DNA from: an uncultured Beijerinckiaceae bacterium | Lineage (GTDB): Bacteria > Pseudomonadota > Alphaproteobacteria > Rhizobiales > Beijerinckiaceae | NCBI GenBank assembly: GCA_964243435.1 | Contig: CAXTFM010000002.1 | Location: forward strand, 10,021 to 74,020 | Reading direction: 5' to 3' | DNA: 64,000 bases | Shown here: in pieces, positions 11,201 to 19,235 of the stretch | Layout: each line of letters opens with the position of its first letter | Numbering within the stretch: the first letter of the stretch is position 1 | Notes under the pieces: model-generated | Database searches by the model: none | The model's input: the letters and a program-made list of their open reading frames with translations, nothing else | What the model was told of the DNA's origin: nothing | Translations under genes and position numbers: made by a program

Positions 11201-11408
11201 CCGGCGCGTCGTCCCGCCGCCGCCCGTTCCCGTCCGCCGGGGGACGCGGGCGGCGAACGGGTAGGCCAAGGCCCTGCGCCTGCTCCTCGATGGTGCCGTG
11301 CAGCCATTCGCCCAGCGTCCGGCCGTCCATGGCCATGCCGTCACGGTCGCCGTGCGGTCCGCGCTGCGCACCGCCGCTTCTGACGCCTCGGGAATCAGCC
11401 TTGTTCAT
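8253..11408 (-). CDS. podJ: PodJ-like polar localisation factor (coiled coils, TM helix, Sel1 repeats)
   Basis: N-terminal TLGEWL..TIEEQA, long coiled coils, YIAAARRAA, TM helix (PLLMGVAAIVMVLG), and Sel1 repeats AQYDLG/AQYRLA/AMHNLA/SQYNLA. ATG 11408 preferred over 11552. Confidence 0.8.
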   Translation of the reverse strand: MNKADSRGVRSGGAQRGPHGDRDGMAMDGRTLGEWLHGTIEEQAQGLGLPVRRPRPPADGNGRRRDDAPARYASSPARPAREPRALHERDPDDAARRGVQVDPVREPAVWERRMHERWARDAVRPDPRRERHLPSATRADVVSDAVEGGHLAARQAERRTEKRGMDETLASLAAMMQTSEERRAQEREAVDALARTMASLEAKITERMTSGESPIKGALARLEARLDIIGKRSEAENAVRHGIHAPEPDPDADGVRRLEGKLNTILDAIRFQPTAVSQVAVQAVQKAEPSPRRSLGDAIAEISRRRDALAHPPRAAFDDSMAGGAKGDGIDRSSPEPSLEARHEPVPRDAAPPIGASLRAPAAEFEGPPMRTVRPVLPTVAVRGEVQPKTNGDALDALDIDIRSISEKMEHLRSAKRSKADGVTADAAPTPAVRQAATDAALDKIERQLASLAGKVDEMLARKPQPVRLPAPKLDTSALEGLVHDLGAKIEAVRAPGADIAALDALQEQVERLSARYERSEQGLSILPTLAASVRELFDQLEGTRADVEASAAHAAREVLRIAAGDGRMHSKATAEGAAPQLAAMDGARSARALDAVHGILDGMVDRLSTLDRDQTAEAGEALRPAAQRPAALPPAPAVARDAVSPPLSTSRRSAPEPHKPDDLDEAAQRAHYIAAARRAATAARADPLVAPVRRPASASAQREARAGLLAKSRAYVAAHKRPLLMGVAAIVMVLGTLALLQQNGIGGARDIVAATPAARPEARAVVAQLAPPAPERVPAASRTGALSPSALPKPAAPLAAAIPGSDPIQTGSIPSLPAFAAASNPPRPMLPSGLKTAAEAGVGAAQYDLGARYADGRAVARDPKLAAFWLEKAAEQGLVPAQYRLASLYEKGVGIAQDKARARTLYIQAAEAGNARAMHNLAVLLADGDGHPDYAGAATWFRKAAGYGVHDSQYNLAVLLARGLGVQQSLTQSYQWFAIAASQDDADAARKRDEIGAKLGTNDLAIAKAFAAAFQPKPANPDASEVAPPPGGWNGAASASRVNSAKLSSL

Positions 11409-11517
11409 CAAACGATCCGTGAGGTTTGCCCATCGAGAGCGCAGGCCGAACTCGTGCGAGCTTGCCGTGACAGCTCGTTCGGGCGGACCTTGAAGACGCT
11501 GAGATTTCCACGGTGCG

Positions 11518-11533
11518 GTAAACAGAGGGTTAA
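11518..11533 (-). promoter_or_regulatory. CtrA box upstream of podJ-like gene
   Basis: Minus strand TTAA-CCCTCTG-TTTAC, one mismatch to TTAA-N7-TTAAC, in an AT-richer intergenic region. Confidence 0.6.
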
Positions 11534-11655
11534 GTCTGCCCAAAAATGGCACAGGGCCGCGCGAGCGATGGCTTCTTGATCCAGGTTGTTATTTCTCTGG
11601 ACACACTCATAAGTTGAAAATACGTTTGCTCGACGGGACACGGGTGGAGACGTCG

Positions 11656-12081
11656 ATGAGGAAGGAAGCGGTGGCATTCGGCGCCTTCGACGAGGGTGCG
11701 CTGCAGGGGGAACGGACGATCGGCGACGTCGCCCGCAGCTATGACGTGAGCCTTCGCACCCTGCGGTTCTACGAGGACAAGGGGCTGCTGCAACCGCGGC
11801 GCTTGGGGACCGCGCGTTTCTACTCCGCCCGGGACCGCATCCGCCTCGAGCTGATCTTGAAGGGCAAGCGCCTCGGCTTCACCCTGGCCGAAATCTTCGA
11901 CCTCATCGCGTCGCGTGCCAAGGCTGAGCCGGACATCGCCGACGCCGACCTCACCGTGAGCCTCGGCCGCGAACAGATCGTGGCACAGATCACCCATCTC
12001 GAGCGGCAGCGCGACGAACTCGAAGCGGCGCTCGCCGAACTGCGCGCCGCCATGCCAGCGACCGGCGACGCCCTCTCCTGA
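11656..12081 (+). CDS. MerR family transcriptional regulator
   Basis: TIGDVARSYDVSLRTLRFYEDKGLLQP.R.G..RFY...KGKRLGFTLAEI. ATG 11656 with GGAG RBS. Confidence 0.92.
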   Translation: MRKEAVAFGAFDEGALQGERTIGDVARSYDVSLRTLRFYEDKGLLQPRRLGTARFYSARDRIRLELILKGKRLGFTLAEIFDLIASRAKAEPDIADADLTVSLGREQIVAQITHLERQRDELEAALAELRAAMPATGDALS

Positions 12082-12104
12082 CCCGCCCGGCGCGCCTTTA
12101 CCGG

Positions 12105-12133
12105 TTGTCACCTCCCGCGGCGCCCGGTATAAG
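12105..12133 (+). promoter_or_regulatory. Sigma70-type promoter of tRNA-Pro
   Basis: TTGTCA-N17-TATAAG ending 26 nt before the tRNA. Confidence 0.65.
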
Positions 12134-12159
12134 GCGCCCGGCGGTCGCGGACCGCATGT

Positions 12160-12236
12160 CGGAGTGTAGCGCAGTCTGGTAGCGCACCTCGTTCGGGACG
12201 AGGGGGTCGGAGGTTCGAATCCTCTCACTCCGACCA
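12160..12236 (+). tRNA. tRNA-Pro (anticodon CGG)
   Basis: CGGAGTG acceptor stem pairing with CACTCCG, D-arm TAGCGCAGTCTGGTAGCGC, anticodon arm CCTCG-TTCGGGA-CGAGG, GGTTCGAATCC T-loop, encoded CCA; 77 nt. Confidence 0.98.
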
Positions 12237-12759
12237 ATTTCCCAACCTTTCAGTTTTGAGCCGCTTCGGCGCTCGACCGGTTTCCGCACAAACCGATGGG
12301 AGTGCCCTCCCTATGCTGTGTCGCGGAAGGTTTGGATGCGCCTCGGCCCTGAAATTCCATCCGTCCTTTCCCGAAGCGGACGGTTACGTCGGGGTTTTGG
12401 AGAACCCGCCCGAGCACGGCATTGGGGACGACTGACGATCGCGACCGGGCCTCGGCGTCACGCTCGACCGCAAGCGGGTCGAGTCGTTCCTGTGGGCGAC
12501 GCGCGCCGCCTCCCGACCAGCAGCGCCTGGAGCACCACGCCGATCCCAACTCCTGCCACCTGAAGGCTGCCGGGCGGCTCTCGGCCAGTCCAGGTCGTCC
12601 GCCGTGCGCCCGTGTCCGCCGCGCGAACGGTCGGGGATCGCTCCCGCAACCGGACGTTTGACGGAGGTGGTCGCTTCTTCACAGGCTCCTGACGAGAACC
12701 ATCGCGATTCGGCCAACCCCAAACCGACGTGTTCCGATGTCCGCGCTTGACCAACTGAT

Positions 12760-14358
12760 TCAGCTGGCGTCGCGACGGTTACCTTCGACCTCGAAGTACC
12801 GGCCACGCCGCCTGGCATTGCCTTCGGCCCAGTCGAACTCTTCCTCAAGCGTCCTGTACGCGTCGTCCCCGACGGCCCGGCTCCGCCGCAACGCGAGCAG
12901 TCGTTCGCGCTCGGCGGTGATGGCGCGTATCCTGAGGCGACCGAACACCTTCGGGCGCAACGTCTCCATCTGCTCGTCCTGGCGGAGCACGTCGTACTCC
13001 CGACGCAGGATCGCCGCCTCGGGCTCCGTGCAACCGTCAAGCAATTCCAGCGCAGCCCGCGTCGTTTCCTGTCGCGCGAAGTTCCGCTCGCGGTCGATGC
13101 GGCCGTCGTCGGTGAGGTCGAGCCAGCGCAGCAACGGCCCTAGGGTGAGGCCCTGGACCACCAGGGTTCCGAGTACCACCGTGAAGGCGGCGATGACCAC
13201 GAAGTCGCGGCCGGGGAAGCGCGCGGGATCGCTTTCGAACGGCAGGGCGAGGGCGGTCGCCAGCGTGAGCAGGCCGCGCATCCCGGCCCAGCCGACAACG
13301 AGCGCGCTCTTATAGGACCGGCCGACGGGCGTGCGCTGTTCCGGGCGCAGCGTCATGCGGTCCACCAGCCGGGCGCCCGCGTTGTAAACGAAGGTCCAGG
13401 CGAGGCGCACGACGATCACCGTGGCGAGAATGGCGAGGCCGAAGCCGAGGTAGGTGCGGATGCCGCCATCGAGGGTGCGGGCGATCTCCTGCAGTTGCAG
13501 CCCGACGAAGATGAAGGCGAGCGCGTTCAGCACGTAGACCGCAACCTCCCACACGGCATGGGAGCCGCGACGGTTCTCCGCGCCCTGCCGCGTCGCGACG
13601 AGGCGGGACAGGATGACCGCGTAGACGACGGTGGTCAGCACGGTCGATACGCCCAAGCGCTCGGCGATGAGCCAGACCGCAAAGGTCGCGACGAACTGCG
13701 TGACGACGGAGATCGCGAGATCGTCGATGCGGCGCGTGAGCCAAAGGTAGGCGCGAGCCAGCGCCCAGCCGAGCGCGACGCTGCCGAACGTGCTCGCGAA
13801 CAGCAGCGGCACCGCCTTGCCCGCGGTCAGCGTCGAGCCGAGCATCACGCCGATGGCGAGGCGGTACACCAGGAGCGCGCTGACATCGTTGAGCAGGCCC
13901 TCGCCTTCCAGGATCACCATGAGGCGGCGGGGCGGCGACAGCCGTCCGAGGACCGCGGCGGCCGAGACCGGATCGGGCGGCGCCACGATGGCCCCCAGCG
14001 CGATGGCGGCGGGCCACGGCAGATCGGGCACCAGCAGGCGCGCCACCACCGCGACGGCGGCGACCGTCAGCAGCACGGCGACAAGGACGAGGCTTGAGAT
14101 CTGGATCCAGTTCTCCCGCAGGTCGCGGGGCGACGCGCCGAACGCGGCGTCGACGATGGCCGGCGCCACGAACAGCGTCAGGGCGAGCTCGGGGTCGAGG
14201 CGCACGCCCGGCACCTCGACCGGCGCGAGCGCCAGCGCCGTACCGGCGAGCGCGAGCAGGACGGGATAGGGCGCCCCGATCCTGTTCGCGACGGCCGTCA
14301 ACACTGCGCCCCCGATCAGCAGCCCGATGAGAAGTTGGAACAAATGCATGGTCGCCAT
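12760..14358 (-). CDS. CPA1 family Na+/H+ antiporter (YjcE/NhaP-like)
   Basis: Many TM helices, LGAIVAPPDPV, ILEGEGLLND, GWAGMRG..TLATALALP, VVQGLTL. Start 14358 or 14349. Confidence 0.9.
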   Translation of the reverse strand: MATMHLFQLLIGLLIGGAVLTAVANRIGAPYPVLLALAGTALALAPVEVPGVRLDPELALTLFVAPAIVDAAFGASPRDLRENWIQISSLVLVAVLLTVAAVAVVARLLVPDLPWPAAIALGAIVAPPDPVSAAAVLGRLSPPRRLMVILEGEGLLNDVSALLVYRLAIGVMLGSTLTAGKAVPLLFASTFGSVALGWALARAYLWLTRRIDDLAISVVTQFVATFAVWLIAERLGVSTVLTTVVYAVILSRLVATRQGAENRRGSHAVWEVAVYVLNALAFIFVGLQLQEIARTLDGGIRTYLGFGLAILATVIVVRLAWTFVYNAGARLVDRMTLRPEQRTPVGRSYKSALVVGWAGMRGLLTLATALALPFESDPARFPGRDFVVIAAFTVVLGTLVVQGLTLGPLLRWLDLTDDGRIDRERNFARQETTRAALELLDGCTEPEAAILRREYDVLRQDEQMETLRPKVFGRLRIRAITAERERLLALRRSRAVGDDAYRTLEEEFDWAEGNARRRGRYFEVEGNRRDAS

Positions 14359-14494
14359 CAGGTACGGGAGTGAGCTTGTCACGGCAACGAAGGTTTGACG
14401 TCGGCTTGGGCGCGACGCCTCACAATCCCGGTGTCCCACGCACGCGACGCGTCATGAGCTGGCGCGTGCGGCAGGCGTCGCGATGAGGCACCGC

Positions 14495-15166
14495 CTAGCG
14501 CACGGTTCCCATGCCGGTCAGGATGAGGTCGACGCCGGCAAGGAATTGCGCGCGGTCGTCGTGCTCGCGCAGCTGCGTCGCCACCTGACGCACGAACGGG
14601 TACGCTGCCGGATCGAGCTGCGCCCACCGTGCGGCGACGGTCGCGAGGAAGGCCGATCGGTCCGTCGCGCGCGCGTGGAGGCGGGCGTTGGCGGCGTTCT
14701 GCCCGGCGACGCCGAGGATGTAGTTCACCAGCGCGGACGCGGCGTCGAACCGCGCGCGTTCGGGGACGCCGAGCGCCTGGAGCCGGCCGCCGATGCCTTC
14801 GAAGATCTGCAGCATCGCCGACCGCCATGGTTCGCGGGAAAGCTGGGCGCCCACCCAGGGGTGCGCGTCGATGGCATCGAACACGCCGAGGGCGATGGCC
14901 CGGATCGCCTCCCGCGGCTCCGCACCGCCGACCACGTCGGTCATGACACGGGCGATGACCGCATCGGTGGTCGCCGCAAGCAGTTCGCTCTTATCGGCAA
15001 CGTGCCAGTAGAGCGCCCCGCTTCCCGTCGCCAGACGCGCCGCGAGCGCGCGGAAGGTCAGGGCGCTTTCGCCGGCGGTGTCGAGGATGGCCGTTGCCGC
15101 CTCGACGATGCGGTCCTTCGAGAGCGCGTCCGCGCGCCGGTCGGATCGATCGGTCCTGATTGCCAT
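14495..15166 (-). CDS. TetR family transcriptional regulator (TetR_C-type)
   Basis: LSKDRIVEAATAILD..GESALTFRALAARLATGSGALYWHV..K.ELL helix-turn-helix; C-terminal FLAGVDLILTG. Confidence 0.92.
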   Translation of the reverse strand: MAIRTDRSDRRADALSKDRIVEAATAILDTAGESALTFRALAARLATGSGALYWHVADKSELLAATTDAVIARVMTDVVGGAEPREAIRAIALGVFDAIDAHPWVGAQLSREPWRSAMLQIFEGIGGRLQALGVPERARFDAASALVNYILGVAGQNAANARLHARATDRSAFLATVAARWAQLDPAAYPFVRQVATQLREHDDRAQFLAGVDLILTGMGTVR

Positions 15167-15186
15167 GCGCACCATCTTGACAGGTT

Positions 15187-15227
15187 TGGAACGTTGTTCC
15201 AGACGTAGCTTTGGAACGACGTTCCAA
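15187..15227. promoter_or_regulatory. Two palindromic TetR-type operators
   Basis: TGGAAC-GTT-GTTCCA (15187-15201) and TTGGAAC-GAC-GTTCCAA (15211-15227) in the short divergent intergenic region; TTGACA at 15177-15182. Confidence 0.8.
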
Positions 15228-15244
15228 GTTTTGAAAGGGACACG

Positions 15245-16378
15245 TTGACGACGCCGGTCACGATCATCGGTGCGGGCCTCGGCGGTCTCGTTCTCGCACG
15301 CGTCCTCCACGTCCACGGCATCCCCGCGACGATCTTTGAGGCGGAGCCCTCGGTGGGCGCACGCGGGCAGGGCGGTCAGCTCGACATCCACGAGCACACC
15401 GGGCAACGCGCGCTGGAAGCGGCCGGCCTCACCGGCGCGTTCCGCGCCATCATCCGCGAGGGTGGCGAGGCGTCGCGCGTGCTCGACCAGCACGGCACTG
15501 TGCTGCTCGACGAGCCCGACGACGGCACCGGTGGGCGTCCCGAGGTGCTCAGGGGCGATCTGCGACGGATCCTCCTCGACGCCCTGCCTGCGGACACGGT
15601 CCAGTGGGGGAAGAAGCTCGCCGGCGTCGCGGTCCTCGGCGACGGTCTTCACGAACTGGCGTTCGCCGACGGATCGACCGTCCGCACCAAGCTTCTCGTG
15701 GGTGCGGACGGCGCCTGGTCGAAGGTCCGGCCGCTGCTTTCGGACGCGAAGCCCGCATATGTCGGCACGACGTTCATCGAGAGCTACCTGTACGACGCCG
15801 ACGAGCGGCACGCAGCGGCGGCCGCGGCGGTCGGCGGCGGCGCACTGTTCGCGCTCGCCCCTGGGAAGGGCATCGTCGCGCACCGCGAGGCGGGGGCCGT
15901 CCTTCACACCTATGTCGAATTGAACCGCCCCGCCGCGTGGATCGCCGGCATCGACTTCACCGACGCCGCCGCCGCGACGGCCCGCGTCGCGGCCGAGTTC
16001 GAGGGGTGGGCGCCGGCACTCACCGCGCTGATCACCGATTGCGACACCCCGCCGGTCCCGCGCATGATCCACGCGCTCCCGGACGGACACCGGTGGGACC
16101 GCGTGCCCGGGGTGACGCTTCTTGGTGATGCCGCGCACCTGATGCCGCCATCGGGCGAGGGCGCGAACCTGGCGATGCTCGACGGTGCCGAACTCGGACA
16201 AGCGATCGCGGCGCACCCCGACGACGTCGAAGCGGCACTGGCCGCCTACGAAGCGGCGATGTTTCCGCGCAGCGCGGCTGAGGCCGCGGAGGCGCACCTC
16301 ATCCTGAAGCTCTGCCTCGGCGACCGCGCACCTTTTGAGCTGATCGACTTCTTCGCCGGCGCTCGGCGGGGCGCATGA
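15245..16378 (+). CDS. FAD-dependent monooxygenase, TetX-like family
   Basis: IIGAGLGGL, QGGQLDIHEHTGQRAL, RPEVLRGDLRRILL, VGADGAWSKVR, TLLGDAAHLMPP.GEGANLAMLDG. TTG start with AAAGGGA RBS. Confidence 0.88.
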   Translation: MTTPVTIIGAGLGGLVLARVLHVHGIPATIFEAEPSVGARGQGGQLDIHEHTGQRALEAAGLTGAFRAIIREGGEASRVLDQHGTVLLDEPDDGTGGRPEVLRGDLRRILLDALPADTVQWGKKLAGVAVLGDGLHELAFADGSTVRTKLLVGADGAWSKVRPLLSDAKPAYVGTTFIESYLYDADERHAAAAAAVGGGALFALAPGKGIVAHREAGAVLHTYVELNRPAAWIAGIDFTDAAAATARVAAEFEGWAPALTALITDCDTPPVPRMIHALPDGHRWDRVPGVTLLGDAAHLMPPSGEGANLAMLDGAELGQAIAAHPDDVEAALAAYEAAMFPRSAAEAAEAHLILKLCLGDRAPFELIDFFAGARRGA

Positions 16379-16843
16379 GCGAGCCGCGCAGTCCCCCATC
16401 CACGCCGCCGACTGTCCCGATGCGAGCCCCGCATCGGTGAGGCCTTCCCTTGCATTCACGCCACAGCCGAGGACCCTGCCGACGACAACAGCCGGCGCAT
16501 GCTCGGCGGCGGTTCCGTGCCGGTGCTGTTCACTCCTGCTCATTCGCGAATGCTGCAAGCAGCTCCAGGGCAATGCGCCCGTGTCGTACGCTAGGCCATG
16601 AAGACCGGCGTACAATCTACACTGAAGCCGAACCGGCACTCGCTTGGGTGACAGCGGCGTGTTCGACCGATCCGACGCGCGCAACCCGTATCTGCTTTCC
16701 GCAAGCTGGTTGCCGAAGCAGCCGGACAGCCGTCGGTCATGCGGGGCGATGAGGGACTGCTCCAAGGATACAAGTCGATGTGCGAACGTAACGTGCTCGC
16801 AAGCTCTTTCCCTTACGTTGCCGGGTCAGGATCGAGGACTGGC

Positions 16844-17062
16844 ATGTTGCACCGTGTGCTGCGGCTGAAACGCGACGTTCGCGGGGCGACGGCGATCGAG
16901 TACGGGTTGATCGCCGCCCTGATCGCCTGCGGCCTCATCGTGTCGCTCGGCACGGTCGGAAGCAATCTCGGCTCCGTTCTCTCGGCCGTGGCGGACGGCC
17001 TTGCCGGCGGCACGCCGCAGACCGCGCCGACACCCAACACCGCCAACCACGTCAATGGTTAG
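16844..17062 (+). CDS. Flp family type IVb pilin
   Basis: RDVRG/ATAIEYGLIAALI Flp prepilin motif followed by a hydrophobic helix; GAGG RBS before ATG 16844. Confidence 0.88.
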   Translation: MLHRVLRLKRDVRGATAIEYGLIAALIACGLIVSLGTVGSNLGSVLSAVADGLAGGTPQTAPTPNTANHVNG

Positions 17063-19082
17063 CCCGGCCGTGCCGACGTGGGCCCGCCGGCTGCCGGGCG
17101 CGATGCGTCGCGCGCTCGGCCTCGACGCCGCGCTTGTGACGGCCGCCGCGGCCGCCGCAGTCGTCGCGGCCGTCGTCGTCGCCGGCGGCCTCGCCGCCGG
17201 GCTTGACAGGCGCCTGTCCGACGGCTGGTTCCGCCTGAGCCAGGGCGCGCCGAGCGGGCAGATCGTCCTCGTCGACGTGGCGCACGCCGCCCGCGACGGC
17301 GGCGACGCGCTCCACCTGTCGCGCACGCGCCTCGCCGCCCTCCTGCGCATCTGTGCCGCCGCCGGGGTGCGCAGGACGCTCGTCGATCTCAGCCTATCGG
17401 GCGCCACCGCCCCGGCGGTCGATGCGGACTTGGAGTCCGCTCTCGCCGCCCTGTCGCCGACACGGGTCGCGCTCACGGCGTCGGCCGTCGTCGAAAGCGA
17501 TGCCGGCGGGGCACCCCGCTGGCGGCGCACCGAGGTTTACGCGCCTCTCGCCCGCCACGCCGAACGGGTCGCATCCGACCTCGCCTTCGACAACGACGGA
17601 CAGCTCCGCCGCTTCGGCGTCGAGGGCGCGCGGCTGCCCGCCCTGCTGTCCGGTGCCGACTGGCTGGCCGGCCAAGCCTTGGACAGCCGGTCGCGCCGCA
17701 TCGATTACGGCATCGACGCGGCGCGGCTCCCGATGGTGGACGCCCTCGACCTCCTCGGCGCGGGAGCCGACGTGGGACGCATCGCGGGGCGCAGCGTGGT
17801 GATCGCGAGTTCCGCGGCTGCGCTCGGCGGCGAGATCCGCGTGCCCCGCTTCGGGGCGCTGCGGCGCGCCACCATCACGGCGCTTTCGGCCGAAACGGTG
17901 CTGGGCGGTCGTGTCCCGCGCGCCATCGACGGTCCGCTCGCGGTGCTGGCACTGGCGCTGCTGGCTTCATGCATGACGCTGTGGGCGGCGCGCCTCGGCC
18001 CGCTGCTCGGCGCCGCGGCGGTTTGCGGGGGCGCGCTCTGCGCCATCGGCATCGCCGCGCAATTGCAGATCCGCTCGGGCCTGATCGTGCCCGCCGCGAC
18101 GCCGGTCGTCGCCCTCCTTCTCGGCTACGCGGCAGCCCAGCTCGCCCGGCACCCCGCACTGTCCGGCCTGCGCCTCGCCCTACGCGGCCTCGTCGGCGGC
18201 GGCGACCTCCGCCTCGCGCACCCCCTCGAGGGGACCGGGGAAGCCCTCGTCACCTTCGCGCCGGACGGGGCGGTGCTGTCCATGAACGCGGCCGCACGCC
18301 AGCTTTTCGCCCGCACGCCCGGCGGGGACGTGCCCTCGGTGGCGGACCTCATCGGGGCGCAGGCCGACGAACTGCTCTCGGCGACGCGCGCGAGCCGCCC
18401 CGGTCGCGTCGTCGCCGTGATCGACGGGGACGGGCCGGGTCGGCGCCACCTCGATCTTACCGTGTCCGCCATGCAGGCCGAGGCCGGGGACTGGATCGGC
18501 GTCGCCTCCATTCGCGACGTCACGGACCAGCAGGCGCAGATCGAGGAACTCCGGCGCATGGTCGTCCAGGACCCGCTGACCGGCCTGCTCAACCGCCTCG
18601 GCTTCGAGCGCGCCCTCGCCGACGGCTGCGTGTCGGCGGGCGTTGCGCAGGGCATGGCACCGGCGGGCGACGACATGGCCGTGCTCATGTGCGACCTCGA
18701 CGGCTTCAAGGGCGTGAACGACACGCTGGGGCACCAGGCCGGCGACCTCCTTCTTTGCGAGATCGCCCGGCGGCTGGGTGCGGCGGTGCCACCGGGAACG
18801 GTCGTCGCCCGCCTCGGCGGCGACGAATTCGGCCTGATCCTTCGCGCGACCCACTTGGAACGTGACGACGCGGCCGCACTCGCCGGCACGCTTGCCGCGG
18901 CTGTCGCCGCGCCGATCACGATCGGCGCCGAGGCCGTCGTCGTGGGCATCAGCGTCGGCATCGCACTGCACCCGAGCCAGGGCTACACGCCTGACGCGCT
19001 GGTTCGCGTCGCCGACACCGCGATGTACCGCGACAAGCACCGCCGTAACGCGGCGGCGCGACGGCGCGGAGAAGCCGCCTGA
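17055..19082 (+). CDS. CHASE2-PAS-GGDEF membrane diguanylate cyclase
   Basis: N-terminal TM, CHASE2-like region (IVLVDV...R..LA.LL...GRSVVI), three TMs, PAS-like (MNAAARQLF...IRDVT), then DPLTGLLNR, DLDGFKGVNDTLGHQAGD and RLGGDEF. ATG overlaps the pilin by 8 nt. Confidence 0.88.
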   Translation: MVSPAVPTWARRLPGAMRRALGLDAALVTAAAAAAVVAAVVVAGGLAAGLDRRLSDGWFRLSQGAPSGQIVLVDVAHAARDGGDALHLSRTRLAALLRICAAAGVRRTLVDLSLSGATAPAVDADLESALAALSPTRVALTASAVVESDAGGAPRWRRTEVYAPLARHAERVASDLAFDNDGQLRRFGVEGARLPALLSGADWLAGQALDSRSRRIDYGIDAARLPMVDALDLLGAGADVGRIAGRSVVIASSAAALGGEIRVPRFGALRRATITALSAETVLGGRVPRAIDGPLAVLALALLASCMTLWAARLGPLLGAAAVCGGALCAIGIAAQLQIRSGLIVPAATPVVALLLGYAAAQLARHPALSGLRLALRGLVGGGDLRLAHPLEGTGEALVTFAPDGAVLSMNAAARQLFARTPGGDVPSVADLIGAQADELLSATRASRPGRVVAVIDGDGPGRRHLDLTVSAMQAEAGDWIGVASIRDVTDQQAQIEELRRMVVQDPLTGLLNRLGFERALADGCVSAGVAQGMAPAGDDMAVLMCDLDGFKGVNDTLGHQAGDLLLCEIARRLGAAVPPGTVVARLGGDEFGLILRATHLERDDAAALAGTLAAAVAAPITIGAEAVVVGISVGIALHPSQGYTPDALVRVADTAMYRDKHRRNAAARRRGEAA

Positions 19083-19235
19083 CGAAGGCGGAGCCGGGCG
19101 GGACGCCCGGCACTCGCCGACGGCCACATGCCGAGCGTCGGCGCCGGCTGGATGGGTCGAGCGATGGCATCGGCGGGTGAAACGCGGCACAACACGTCGC
19201 GCACGCGCCATCCCGCACCGCAGCAGGCAGCCCAG

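Noticed and set aside
11530-12237. 235-aa minus-strand ORF beginning MVGVRGFEPPTP
   Set aside because: It is the antisense translation of tRNA-Pro and the merR gene.
12237-12760. Possible prophage, ICE or IS at the tRNA
   Set aside because: No integrase, transposase, terminal inverted repeats or att duplication recognised; kept only as a low-level finding.
19083-19235. Possible ZTP or THF riboswitch upstream of purU
   Set aside because: The conserved elements could not be matched by eye; an Rfam scan is needed.
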